Shown here: piece after piece, positions 50,693 through 59,393 of the stretch
Layout: every line of letters begins with the position of its first letter
Position numbering within the stretch: position 1 is the stretch's first letter
Virus record (IMG/VR): IMGVR_UViG_3300042310_000427
Location: 2,371-66,370 of that record
Length of the DNA stretch: 64,000 nucleotides
Reading direction: 5' to 3' (one strand)
Source: a virus
Notes under the pieces: generated by a model
The model's database searches: none
What the model was told of the DNA's origin: nothing
Seen by the model: only the letters and a program-made list of their open reading frames with translations
Program-made: the position numbers and the translations under genes

Positions 50693-50989
50693 ATGATACC
50701 GATTGATTATGGAAGTATTATTGATGGGCTTAAGCGTAAGGGTATGCTTCCAATGTTGCTTGGACTTATTACAATATTCCAATATAACTACATTCAAAGG
50801 AAAGACGAAGAATTTAACGCCAAACAATTAAAGCAAGAGGAAAAATTCACACAACAACAAGAGGAGATGAAAAAATTACTACAAATGCAAATACAATCTT
50901 TGGAGATTAAGCTATTAAATTGCGAAACAGAACGCAATAACACTATAATTAGACAATTAGAGGCAAATAGGAGGTTAAAAGATGAGTAA
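50693..50989 (+). CDS. membrane-anchored coiled-coil protein
   Basis: one TM segment followed by a Gln/Glu coiled coil. Confidence 0.6.
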   Translation: MIPIDYGSIIDGLKRKGMLPMLLGLITIFQYNYIQRKDEEFNAKQLKQEEKFTQQQEEMKKLLQMQIQSLEIKLLNCETERNNTIIRQLEANRRLKDE

Positions 50990-51158
50990 TTGGAAACTAC
51001 CAGAAAAAGTATCAGAAGAAATCGTAGATTTTTTAGCCAATTTTAGCTTTAATTTTGGTATAATGGCACTAACATTTGTAATAGGCGTGTTCTTTTTAGA
51101 GCAATTCTTAGTTTTATTACTTGCATACTTTCTTAGACAATATATTAAAAATCATTAA
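50982..51158 (+). CDS. 58-aa membrane protein
   Basis: translated by hand: MSNWKLPEK...GIMALTFVIGVFFLEQFLVLLLAYFL. Confidence 0.5.
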   Translation: MSNWKLPEKVSEEIVDFLANFSFNFGIMALTFVIGVFFLEQFLVLLLAYFLRQYIKNH

Positions 51159-51171
51159 ACAAATAAATATC

Positions 51172-51453
51172 ATGGCATCAATCACATTAACAGACAAAAA
51201 CTTAACAATAGTATCAGACAGAACTACAAGACCTGTAGTAATGCACATAAAATCAAACATATCAATAGCTTACTCAGGCACTAATAATGCTAATGGTACA
51301 GTAAAGCTAATGATAAACGGACATCCATTTGTGTTTGGTGCATGGGAACGCTCTTACCTTGGTCAACTTGATACAGTAGGAGCAACCGATGTATCTGCAT
51401 TTACTCCGGCAAATAAAGCAGCACAATTAGCAGCATTAGTTAAAAACATTTAA
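51172..51453 (+). CDS. hypothetical (possibly structural) protein
   Basis: likely start MASITL with A-rich leader. Confidence 0.6.
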   Translation: MASITLTDKNLTIVSDRTTRPVVMHIKSNISIAYSGTNNANGTVKLMINGHPFVFGAWERSYLGQLDTVGATDVSAFTPANKAAQLAALVKNI

Positions 51454-51459
51454 TAACTT

Positions 51460-51891
51460 ATGCCAAAAGTTTGTTTGGTTGAGGATTGTAGTAATTACAT
51501 CTTTGGTAAAGGATATTGCCGTAACCACCAATATTTGCGTACTGATAGTAAAAAGCCTAAACCTATTAGTGCGATTTCCAAGAAGAAACAACAATTAAAA
51601 GCAGATCCATTATCTAAATCTGAGATTGATATTTTTAATGAGATATGGAATGAAAGGCCACATATAAGTGAACTATCTGGTAATCCACTGCCTTACGATA
51701 AGAACAATATGTCAATGTGGGTATGTCAATTCTTGCATGTAATACCTAAAGGGATGTCGCCTAAACTGAGATTAGATAAAAGAAATATAATGCTCGGAAC
51801 ACCTGATGAACATAATCACCAAGATAGGTATAACAACTTTAAGGTTAGAAAATTTGAATTACTTAGACAGATGTATGGGAAGGATGATTAG
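51460..51891 (+). CDS. Zn-finger plus HNH/NinG-like nuclease
   Basis: N-terminal CxxxxC...KGYCxxH; 'HVIPKG...LRLDKRNI...EH'. Confidence 0.7.
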   Translation: MPKVCLVEDCSNYIFGKGYCRNHQYLRTDSKKPKPISAISKKKQQLKADPLSKSEIDIFNEIWNERPHISELSGNPLPYDKNNMSMWVCQFLHVIPKGMSPKLRLDKRNIMLGTPDEHNHQDRYNNFKVRKFELLRQMYGKDD

Positions 51892-52130
51892 GATATTTCA
51901 TCAGGCTTATTAAGCTCGGCAATCCTATCTACTATAATTTGCTTAAAATCATAGTTCTTTTGGTAAAGCTGATTTTCTTTTAAAATATCATCTATTGTAG
52001 TTTTCCCTTCTTTAATATCTACAAGGTCAACCATTGCTAAAATAGAAATGTAAGTTTCGTCTTTCTCGAAACTAATATTAAGGGTCGCTAATGCAGCCTT
52101 AAAATAACTTAATCTTTCTGTGTTTTTCAT
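51888..52130 (-). CDS. hypothetical protein
   Basis: 80 aa, coupled to the upstream ORF. Confidence 0.65.
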   Translation of the reverse strand: MKNTERLSYFKAALATLNISFEKDETYISILAMVDLVDIKEGKTTIDDILKENQLYQKNYDFKQIIVDRIAELNKPDEIS

Positions 52131-52483
52131 TTTATCTTACTTAGTATATAATTCCTTGCAATATCATCCACCAAAATAAATGTTCTACCATTAGTATCGG
52201 TAGATTCTGGGAATGGCACAACAGTGGTTAATCTTAAATTAAGGGAACCATCTCTTTTAGCGTAAGGGGAGATTGCATTTCTAATGCGTGATTCACCTAC
52301 CTTACATAATAAAGCCATTTGTTGAACAGTTATAATATCCCACTTTAAAACCAACTTTACTTCTTCAAAAGATAGCCCTGAATACTCAGATAGGCTTTTT
52401 ATCTCATCATCGTGCCACCTTCCAGGCTCCAAGTGATGATACTTTTCAAGATTTAAAGTTGGCTTTTCCAAAGCGGTATTCAT
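52127..52483 (-). CDS. HTH DNA-binding protein
   Basis: 'ITVQQMALLCKVGESRIRN'; start MNTAL with ACACACC-ATG and TATATTTG promoter. Confidence 0.65.
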   Translation of the reverse strand: MNTALEKPTLNLEKYHHLEPGRWHDDEIKSLSEYSGLSFEEVKLVLKWDIITVQQMALLCKVGESRIRNAISPYAKRDGSLNLRLTTVVPFPESTDTNGRTFILVDDIARNYILSKIK

Positions 52484-52572
52484 GGTGTGTGGTGCAAATA
52501 TAACACTTATTTCAATAAAGTGATAAAAAAAATTAATTATTTTCATCACTTTTAGGTTTTAAAATAAAAATA

Positions 52573-52601
52573 ACAACCTATTATTTTTGTTCTTAAATTT
52601 G
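52573..52601 (+). promoter_or_regulatory. putative late promoter ACAACCTA-N17-TTTG
   Basis: exact motif copy. Confidence 0.75.
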
Positions 52602-52633
52602 TACTCAACTAATTAAATAAATAAATAAACAGT

Positions 52634-53257
52634 ATGGCACAAGCATTTAAAGTAACAGTAGTAGGGGTTAATGGGTTTGCCCAAACTTCTAACGAGCAAG
52701 TATTCCCAACAACAGCAGGTGTAAGAGTAATCGAAAACACATGGAATGTAGCAACAGCAAATTGCACAGTAATCGTTCCTCAATCACAAGTTGGTGGTGG
52801 ATTTACTAATTTCCAAGTAACTGAAACATTAGATACAGTATTGGCGTTAATCAATGGCACTACTTCAAGTACAGGTCAAGCAGTTTTCTCTCAAGGTATC
52901 TTGATTGAACACGCTAACACAGCAGCAGTAAACGCAACTGCAACAATTGCAGCAGCAGAACTTGCTAAAGGGTATGTAACTTCTACATCAGCAGCAGCTA
53001 CAACTATCACTTTACCAACTGCAACTCAACTTGCAACTGAATTAGGTGCAACAAGAGGTACAGTGTTTTCATTTTATGTAGATAATACAGCCGGTGCAAG
53101 CACAGTGACAGTAGCGGTAGGTTCAGGGATTGTAGCAGCATCAGCATTAACTGGTGGTACTACTTTAACAGTATCAGCATCAGCAACAGTTGGTATTGCT
53201 TCTTTCCAAATTGTATTCTCATCTGCAACAGCAGGAGTTTTAAGTAGATTGGCTTAA
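52634..53257 (+). CDS. abundant virion protein (capsid decoration/head fibre candidate)
   Basis: Ala/Thr-rich, capsid-like codon bias, own late promoter and terminator. Confidence 0.65.
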   Translation: MAQAFKVTVVGVNGFAQTSNEQVFPTTAGVRVIENTWNVATANCTVIVPQSQVGGGFTNFQVTETLDTVLALINGTTSSTGQAVFSQGILIEHANTAAVNATATIAAAELAKGYVTSTSAAATTITLPTATQLATELGATRGTVFSFYVDNTAGASTVTVAVGSGIVAASALTGGTTLTVSASATVGIASFQIVFSSATAGVLSRLA

Positions 53258-53288
53258 TCTAAGACAGTTCTTTTTGTAAATTTAAATC

Positions 53289-53322
53289 AAAAAAACCTCT
53301 CAAGAAATTGGGAGGTTTTTTT
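53289..53322. terminator. bidirectional intrinsic terminator
   Basis: A7-CCTCTCAA-GAAA-TTGGGAGG-T7 between convergent arms. Confidence 0.85.
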
Positions 53323-53482
53323 ATTTTAAAGGACAATCCAATTAAAGAATTTTTCTAAGTATGGGTATGCGCCTGACCATATTACAAGCTCAAACAATCC
53401 CCTTGCAAGCAATTTCCCAAGATTAAGACCTATAATTACAATGGCAATATAATATAGGATGTTAAATATTATTTTCATTTTT

Positions 53483-53800
53483 TCACTCAAATGGATTCCA
53501 TACATTCATATCTCCTTCTGTAAACCTAAACCCCTTGGTGTATGAATAGTAGTTGCATCTTTTTTCAGGATTGTCTAATCCTTGATATAGCCAATCAATA
53601 ATTTTTTGTGGAGGCTGATTTGTATTTATATCGTAAACAATATCTGTAAAGCTAAAAAAGTAGCAATCGCCAAAACACGCCATTTCACCAATTAGACCTG
53701 CAACCCAAAACTCAAATTCTAAATCTTGTTTTTTACAAAAGGCTTTTATGTAATCACTACATACTTTTTCGTATTGTTTTTTCAATTTTTCTATATTCAT
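53483..53800 (-). CDS. hypothetical protein
   Basis: 105-aa ORF. Confidence 0.7.
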   Translation of the reverse strand: MNIEKLKKQYEKVCSDYIKAFCKKQDLEFEFWVAGLIGEMACFGDCYFFSFTDIVYDINTNQPPQKIIDWLYQGLDNPEKRCNYYSYTKGFRFTEGDMNVWNPFE

Positions 53801-54000
53801 TTTATTATTTTCTTAAATTCTCTCCACATCCCTTTATCAAAATCTCTCCAAACATTTTTAGGGTGTCCGATGTTGTCAATGTACTTTAAATCACCTTTCT
53901 TGAATAAAAGGTATTGGACATTACCGAATAGCTTATTTCTTCTTGCAGGATACTTGTAGCAAGATCCATACTCCCAAAATATATCTTTAAATTTACTCAT
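53797..54000 (-). CDS. hypothetical protein
   Basis: 67 aa, coupled. Confidence 0.6.
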   Translation of the reverse strand: MSKFKDIFWEYGSCYKYPARRNKLFGNVQYLLFKKGDLKYIDNIGHPKNVWRDFDKGMWREFKKIIK

Positions 54001-54244
54001 TATTTATATCTTCAAACACCAATGCTTCGGGTGCCACTTGTTCAACTCTACCATCTATTCTTGCAATAACTGCAGTTGTTTGAGATTGCATAAGGACTGT
54101 ATGTCCATTATCGTGCAATACTGAACTTGATTGACTTCCCCAATGCAAAAAATAAACTGTTTCATACATGGGAGGTATGTAAGCTCCTTCTTCATCGTGA
54201 TACTCTGGGCGTAATACTTGGCATTTTATTTTTTTTATTCCCAT
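53993..54244 (-). CDS. hypothetical protein
   Basis: ACACACC-ATG start; 'FLHWG...TTAVIARIDGRVEQV' pattern. Confidence 0.7.
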   Translation of the reverse strand: MGIKKIKCQVLRPEYHDEEGAYIPPMYETVYFLHWGSQSSSVLHDNGHTVLMQSQTTAVIARIDGRVEQVAPEALVFEDINNE

Positions 54245-54263
54245 GGTGTGTGGTTAAACCTTT

Positions 54264-54590
54264 TTAGTCTAAAAGTTTTTCCCAATAATAATCAATATGG
54301 CTATCAACAACAGAACCTCCACCGCAACAATGTATATTATGTACTTGACAACCATTAGGCTTTAATTGTTCTTCACAAACAGTACTTACAACAAAAACTT
54401 TATCTTCATCAAACCAATCTTTTTGGGAATAATTATTATTTTTTGCCGACAAATGCCCTTGTAGTAAAACCTGATTTTCTGTAATACCAACAACTTTTAA
54501 TGGTTCTTGTCCATTACAAACATCTTCGGCATAAACAGGATACATGTTTAAGGATTTGTACTGTTTAATAGGTATTTTTTTGTACTTCAT
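54264..54590 (-). CDS. hypothetical Cys-containing protein
   Basis: 108 aa. Confidence 0.6.
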   Translation of the reverse strand: MKYKKIPIKQYKSLNMYPVYAEDVCNGQEPLKVVGITENQVLLQGHLSAKNNNYSQKDWFDEDKVFVVSTVCEEQLKPNGCQVHNIHCCGGGSVVDSHIDYYWEKLLD

Positions 54591-54591
54591 C

Positions 54592-55026
54592 TCAATTCAC
54601 TCTCCTTGTTTCAATGTGTGATTCAAAATCAGGATAATAATCACCAATAATCTTAGTGGCATCGGATGCTGATTCTGCGCCTACTGTTGTTTCTTTTGTT
54701 TCCTTACTTTTGTTAATCCATTTCACTACATACTTATAGTGTGTAGGAAGGGTTGGGTCGTGTTCTCCTGGTTGAACATCGTCTGATGGTGGTCTTTGAT
54801 TTGTCATTTCTTTTAAAATTTTAAATATTATGTTAAATGGAAGTTTTGCTTGAATGTTACTCTTTAGAAGTTTATATTTTTTGAGGTTCTTAATGTCATC
54901 ACCATAAAAGAATGTCACTACTGAGTGGCTCCTATTCCTAAAAGCATACTTATGTGACTGTCCTAAATAATCTACAAGTCCATTAATGAATATGTCTTGC
55001 ATGGATGGTGATGGGTGTGTTTTCAT
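54592..55026 (-). CDS. hypothetical protein
   Basis: 144 aa, abutting its neighbours. Confidence 0.65.
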   Translation of the reverse strand: MKTHPSPSMQDIFINGLVDYLGQSHKYAFRNRSHSVVTFFYGDDIKNLKKYKLLKSNIQAKLPFNIIFKILKEMTNQRPPSDDVQPGEHDPTLPTHYKYVVKWINKSKETKETTVGAESASDATKIIGDYYPDFESHIETRRVN

Positions 55027-55281
55027 TTATTTAATCTCCTCCCAAACTTTATCTACAATTGCTTCTCCTATAAGCTCAACTGATTGTATTTCTTCTTTAG
55101 TAAGTTTTTTCTTAATGATTGACCTAAGATGGTTGTTCTTTGCTTTACTTTCATTTACGAGCTTTGTGTAGTCTTTGTCAAGATATGGCTTTAACCATTC
55201 CTGCTGGACATCAAGGGCCGTTAGTAAGTAATACATCCTTTGAATGTTTAAGATTAAATCTTTTTCTTTTAGTTCTGGCAT
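55027..55281 (-). CDS. hypothetical protein
   Basis: 84 aa. Confidence 0.65.
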   Translation of the reverse strand: MPELKEKDLILNIQRMYYLLTALDVQQEWLKPYLDKDYTKLVNESKAKNNHLRSIIKKKLTKEEIQSVELIGEAIVDKVWEEIK

Positions 55282-55289
55282 TTCTTTCT

Positions 55290-55472
55290 TTATTTTCTTA
55301 TTTTTATATCCATTTCAAATCTTATAACCTCACTATGTATGCCCTTAAGATTTGTTTTTATTTTGTATTGCCTCTCTCTACCCTTAATAACCATCGAAGT
55401 TATCACTCCATCATACCACCTATCGTGTATCTTATAAGAACGAAATATGATGGTTTGACCCTCTTTAAACAT
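55290..55472 (-). CDS. small SH3-like hypothetical protein
   Basis: 'MFKEGQTI...GVI' beta pattern. Confidence 0.5.
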   Translation of the reverse strand: MFKEGQTIIFRSYKIHDRWYDGVITSMVIKGRERQYKIKTNLKGIHSEVIRFEMDIKIRK

Positions 55473-55530
55473 CTATGAGTGCAAGATTAATCACTTTTGT
55501 TCAATTAAACAAGGTAAATTTGAGATATTT

Positions 55531-55716
55531 TCATTTTGTATTCTTAAGTATTGTTTCCTCTAAGTATTTACCTAACTCATTTATTGATGATAAGTATTCA
55601 AGATAGTTTACATCGTGGTGGGTGGTGTTGCTGCCTATTGTAACAAATATTAAGGAACCCTGCCTTTGTACAACGCAATTAGGGTATTTATTTTTTATTA
55701 TTGCTTCTATATTCAT
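55531..55716 (-). CDS. hypothetical protein
   Basis: 61 aa, coupled to the dnaB stop. Confidence 0.55.
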   Translation of the reverse strand: MNIEAIIKNKYPNCVVQRQGSLIFVTIGSNTTHHDVNYLEYLSSINELGKYLEETILKNTK

Positions 55717-57065
55717 AATTGTAAATCCTCGCTGCTAAATCTTTCAACAAATCTTTGATATATTTTAAAAAAATCATACTGTATAATACCTACTTGCCCT
55801 GCCCTATGTTTTGCTATTAACAATGCAATGGTGAGCATACTTTCCATTGGGTCTGTAATTGAATGTAAGAACATCACAATATCTGCATCTTGTTCAATAC
55901 TCCCAGATTCTCTCAAATCGCTCAATACTGGCAATCTATTTGACTTTTCCACTTCACGACTTAACTGAGCTAATGCAATAATCGGAATATTTAATTCTTT
56001 GGCAGTAGCTTTCAAGCCTCTTGAAATTACGCCTAATTGCTGTTCACGATTACCATTTTCGTAAGTAGTCATAAGCTGTAAATAATCCACAACAATAAAC
56101 TTAACACCAAACTCTTTTACAAATCTCCTTGCCCTTGCTTTAAAGTCTAAAATATTCAATCCTGCGGTATCATCAATGTATAATGGGTAGGTCCAGTTAT
56201 CTTTATGTAACTTCATCCAATCATTTTCGTCTAAATTAGCCGTTTTTAGCTTGTGTGCTTCAATATCTGTGACATTGCTTATCAATCTATCAACCAACTG
56301 CTTTGAACTCATCTCAAGCGAAAAAATAGCACATGGCTCATTTCGTTTAACGATATTGGTAACTAAATTTAAACAAAAAGCGGTTTTACCTGTTCCGGGC
56401 CTTGCGCCAATGATTACTAAATCTGAATTTTGCCATCCACTTAAAGTTTTATTTAACCTTGCGTAACCAGTATCAATCCCTAAAACACCACCACCTTCTT
56501 GTATTTTTTCTAAAATATCCATGGTACTAAAAACCACTTCATTTAATTTTTGGAAGTTTTTGGCTTTAGTTCCACTTAGGTTTTCAAGCTCATTAATAAT
56601 TAAATCTTTTTCCTTAAACGGATCAATACCATCATTATACAATTTTTGGATTGCCGACATGCAGACTTGTAGTGTTGCACGTTGTATGTATTTTTGAATT
56701 AATATTGATTTATGGTATTCAATATTAGCAGAAGATTGTATCCTTGATGTTATTTGCGATAGCTTATGGAAACCACCTACTAATTCAAAGTTACCAGATT
56801 CTTGTAAGTTATGAGATACCGAAAGTAAGTCAATTGGTTGGTTTTTGCTTAATAAATCTAATATTGATTGATAAATAAACCTGTGTTGTTCCATATAGAA
56901 CATATCAGGCGTTAAATCTGTGCATTTATCAATACAATGCTTATCTAACATTAACGCCCCTAAAATCGCTTCTTCAAATTCTACCGCTTGGGGTGGCATT
57001 CTACCTGCATTTTCAAAAGGTGATAAATCCGCCTCGGCGCGCCTTTTTGTTTTTTTATTTTCCAT
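55713..57065 (-). CDS. dnaB: replicative DNA helicase
   Basis: GARPGTGKT, FSLEMS, VDYLQL, LAQLSREVE, DLRESGSIEQDAD and AKHRAG motifs. Confidence 0.97.
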   Translation of the reverse strand: MENKKTKRRAEADLSPFENAGRMPPQAVEFEEAILGALMLDKHCIDKCTDLTPDMFYMEQHRFIYQSILDLLSKNQPIDLLSVSHNLQESGNFELVGGFHKLSQITSRIQSSANIEYHKSILIQKYIQRATLQVCMSAIQKLYNDGIDPFKEKDLIINELENLSGTKAKNFQKLNEVVFSTMDILEKIQEGGGVLGIDTGYARLNKTLSGWQNSDLVIIGARPGTGKTAFCLNLVTNIVKRNEPCAIFSLEMSSKQLVDRLISNVTDIEAHKLKTANLDENDWMKLHKDNWTYPLYIDDTAGLNILDFKARARRFVKEFGVKFIVVDYLQLMTTYENGNREQQLGVISRGLKATAKELNIPIIALAQLSREVEKSNRLPVLSDLRESGSIEQDADIVMFLHSITDPMESMLTIALLIAKHRAGQVGIIQYDFFKIYQRFVERFSSEDLQL

Positions 57066-57067
57066 GT

Positions 57068-57727
57068 TTATAGTGGTTTGTAATTATTGGTTATTGGGGA
57101 TTGGGTGGTTTTGTTAAATTGCTTGTCGTTTTTAGCCCATGTTTCTAATCTTCTTTCAAGCGACCACGTTGTTTCTAACTCCATTTTGAATTTAGAGTTT
57201 GATTTATTAGGCTCTGTCCAATACTTATAGAACTCGTTAAGGAACTCCTTACCGTATTTGGGTAGATAAGGTTTGAGTGTGTCAGCAAATTTTAATTTGC
57301 GTTGCTCTATCTTATCTACTTTAAGTTCTTTATCTTCTTCTAATTCTTTAGTTGTTGCCCTTGGTTTGCCCTTGCCTTGCCCTTTGTTTGCCTCTTGTTT
57401 GTCCGTTGGCTTGCCCATTGATTGGTACAAATCGTAGTTAAGCATTGTGAGAGTAGTGTTTGCGCTTGACGATTGTTTGCCCACCTCTTTTGTTTTTTCC
57501 AACTTACTTAAAGCTGTTCTTACTTCTTTTTCTGTTAACCCTGTTTCATGGCTAAGGTTTTTAAGTGATGTAATTAATTGACCTCTATTAATAGTTAAGC
57601 CTTGCCATTTTTTAGTTTCGACATTAGCTTTTAAAAGTAAGTGAAGGAATAGTTTAAATGTATTTACATCTTTATACCATTCCCAGTCAATCAGCTTTCT
57701 ATGTATTTTTATCCAACCTAATTCCAT
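57068..57727 (-). CDS. phage replication initiator (replisome organiser)
   Basis: 'GWIKIHRKLIDWEWY...RGQLITS' wHTH N-terminus; internal iterons; precedes dnaB. Confidence 0.85.
   Translation of the reverse strand: MELGWIKIHRKLIDWEWYKDVNTFKLFLHLLLKANVETKKWQGLTINRGQLITSLKNLSHETGLTEKEVRTALSKLEKTKEVGKQSSSANTTLTMLNYDLYQSMGKPTDKQEANKGQGKGKPRATTKELEEDKELKVDKIEQRKLKFADTLKPYLPKYGKEFLNEFYKYWTEPNKSNSKFKMELETTWSLERRLETWAKNDKQFNKTTQSPITNNYKPL
57355..57416. repeat. iteron array, putative origin of replication
   Basis: TTGCCC-like hexamers at 57355, 57366, 57377, 57388, 57399 and 57411. Confidence 0.75.
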
Positions 57728-58068
57728 ATAATATCCAATTCTAATACATCTCCTAATGCTTCTTTTAGTTGCTCATCTGTAAGTAGATAATCTTCTTTAA
57801 TAAACAATCCAGACCAAAACCAAAAAAGATTATCATTTTTAACCATTGTGCTTTTGTTGCATAACTTACAATAAACACTTTTTATTTTACTTACTTCTTT
57901 AGAATATATCCCAATATCTACAACTATATAATTACAACCATGTTGGCATTCACCTTTTTTTAATCCAAGGCAAGTAAATGTTTGTCCTTTTTTAACTAAA
58001 CCTAATGAGTGGTCTTGAATACATACTATTTTATCGCCAATAGTATAATTAATATCTTGATTATCCAT
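57718..58068 (-). CDS. Cys-rich hypothetical protein
   Basis: 'IGDKIVCI' and CxxC motifs. Confidence 0.7.
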   Translation of the reverse strand: MDNQDINYTIGDKIVCIQDHSLGLVKKGQTFTCLGLKKGECQHGCNYIVVDIGIYSKEVSKIKSVYCKLCNKSTMVKNDNLFWFWSGLFIKEDYLLTDEQLKEALGDVLELDIIWN

Positions 58069-58072
58069 AAAA

Positions 58073-58241
58073 TTAAAAATATAAAACCCCTACTAAGTGA
58101 ACAATGGCTGAAACAGGCTGGATAAAACCTACATTGAACTCTTTAGTAAGGGTATAATTTTTTAATATTATTATTTGATTATCCATAAAATAAAAATTAG
58201 AGATATATTTTCAGCTTATCATCTAATCAGCCACAAACATA
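58073..58241 (-). promoter_or_regulatory. structured leader of the replication operon with a 37-aa uORF
   Basis: TATGTTTG at 58241-58234; long bulged hairpin 58086-58153; uORF 58186-58073. Confidence 0.6.
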
Positions 58242-58276
58242 ATACAAAAAAATAACATCTTGTTAAAAAACTTTTC

Positions 58277-58558
58277 TCAATTACTCCCCAACTCCATTTC
58301 CATCTCCTGAATAACCTCCTTCAAGGCATTAACTCTTTGGAGCCTACCATTTTCAATCCTTCCAGAACCATCATAGTGATAGTGTCCAATTTTTTGAACA
58401 TCACCTTTGGCGTATAATTCAGGAAAATCATGGTGGTAGGAAAAGTATCCTTTGTATTCAAAGTATTGGCAGAAACCAAATTGGGTGTCATCGTTGACTG
58501 GATTGGACCAATCTTTTAGTGCTTGTTTGTAGGTTTTAAGGCGTATTGCTCGGCTCAT
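58277..58558 (-). CDS. hypothetical protein
   Basis: 93 aa. Confidence 0.65.
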   Translation of the reverse strand: MSRAIRLKTYKQALKDWSNPVNDDTQFGFCQYFEYKGYFSYHHDFPELYAKGDVQKIGHYHYDGSGRIENGRLQRVNALKEVIQEMEMELGSN

Positions 58559-58947
58559 TTAATGGACTGCAATTTATTAAAAATTTCTGTTTCCAACAAG
58601 GCTTCAAATTTTTTTGATTTACTTACCCAAATTTTAAAATCGTGCATAAGGACATTGTGTTTAACGAACTCAATTTGGTAGTAAGATGTAAGTTTAAATT
58701 TAGAATATCTTGTTTTGTTAGCCTTAATATCCACTCCAATAGGGTGAATAAGTCCTTCACGATAAAGCTCAGATAACCGGCATGAAACATGCACTCGATT
58801 AAGTTTGTAGGTAGTGGCAATATCCTGGGCAGTAAAATTAGCATCAGGATACTGTTTAAAGACACTTAAGATAAATTCTTTGTTTGCCTTTACTTGTTCA
58901 CCAAATAATGTGTGAACGATTTTTGATACGGTGGTTGTTATTGACAT
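58555..58947 (-). CDS. winged-helix DNA-binding protein
   Basis: 'FTAQDIA...VSCRLSELYREGLI'. Confidence 0.75.
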   Translation of the reverse strand: MSITTTVSKIVHTLFGEQVKANKEFILSVFKQYPDANFTAQDIATTYKLNRVHVSCRLSELYREGLIHPIGVDIKANKTRYSKFKLTSYYQIEFVKHNVLMHDFKIWVSKSKKFEALLETEIFNKLQSIK

Positions 58948-58954
58948 AATAATT

Positions 58955-59206
58955 TTAATTAAATAATCTCGGTAATTTTGCCCAATGCGTAACTTTTATA
59001 TCATCTAAGATACAATCTCCTACAATGGTATTCCCTTCAACTTCAAGCGGTCCATCAAGCTCTGCCCAATACCAATTTCTAAATTCTTCTTCGTCTTTTA
59101 AAATTCTGCATCCAATCATAATAGTATTGTCATCTTTATTAAGGAGCCATACCAATTCATCAAATGGTGGGAGTTCATCGTTTGTGTTTATCCAAGTTGT
59201 TGCCAT
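58955..59206 (-). CDS. DUF551-like protein
   Basis: 'WINTNDELP...VTHWAKLP'. Confidence 0.75.
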   Translation of the reverse strand: MATTWINTNDELPPFDELVWLLNKDDNTIMIGCRILKDEEEFRNWYWAELDGPLEVEGNTIVGDCILDDIKVTHWAKLPRLFN

Positions 59207-59210
59207 AAGT

Positions 59211-59393
59211 TTATTTTTTTAATCTATCTACAATTTTACCTTTTTTTTCTAATCTTTTGTATGCGTAGTAAACAGATGTTCTATCTCTGCCATACATATC
59301 AGCAATCATTTGAGGGTGCTTGTGTCTGTTCTTCCATACAAAGTCATCAAACTTGCTTACTTCTTGTTCGGTTGATCCTTTAGTTCTTGGCAT
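59211..59393 (-). CDS. small HTH protein
   Basis: 'IADMYGRDRTSVYYAYKRLEKKG'; likely start MPRTK. Confidence 0.6.
   Translation of the reverse strand: MPRTKGSTEQEVSKFDDFVWKNRHKHPQMIADMYGRDRTSVYYAYKRLEKKGKIVDRLKK

Noticed and set aside
58061-58187. DnaA boxes (TTATCCATA twice)
   Set aside because: One mismatch from consensus and fully explained as the complement of the duplicated TATGGATAA gene start.
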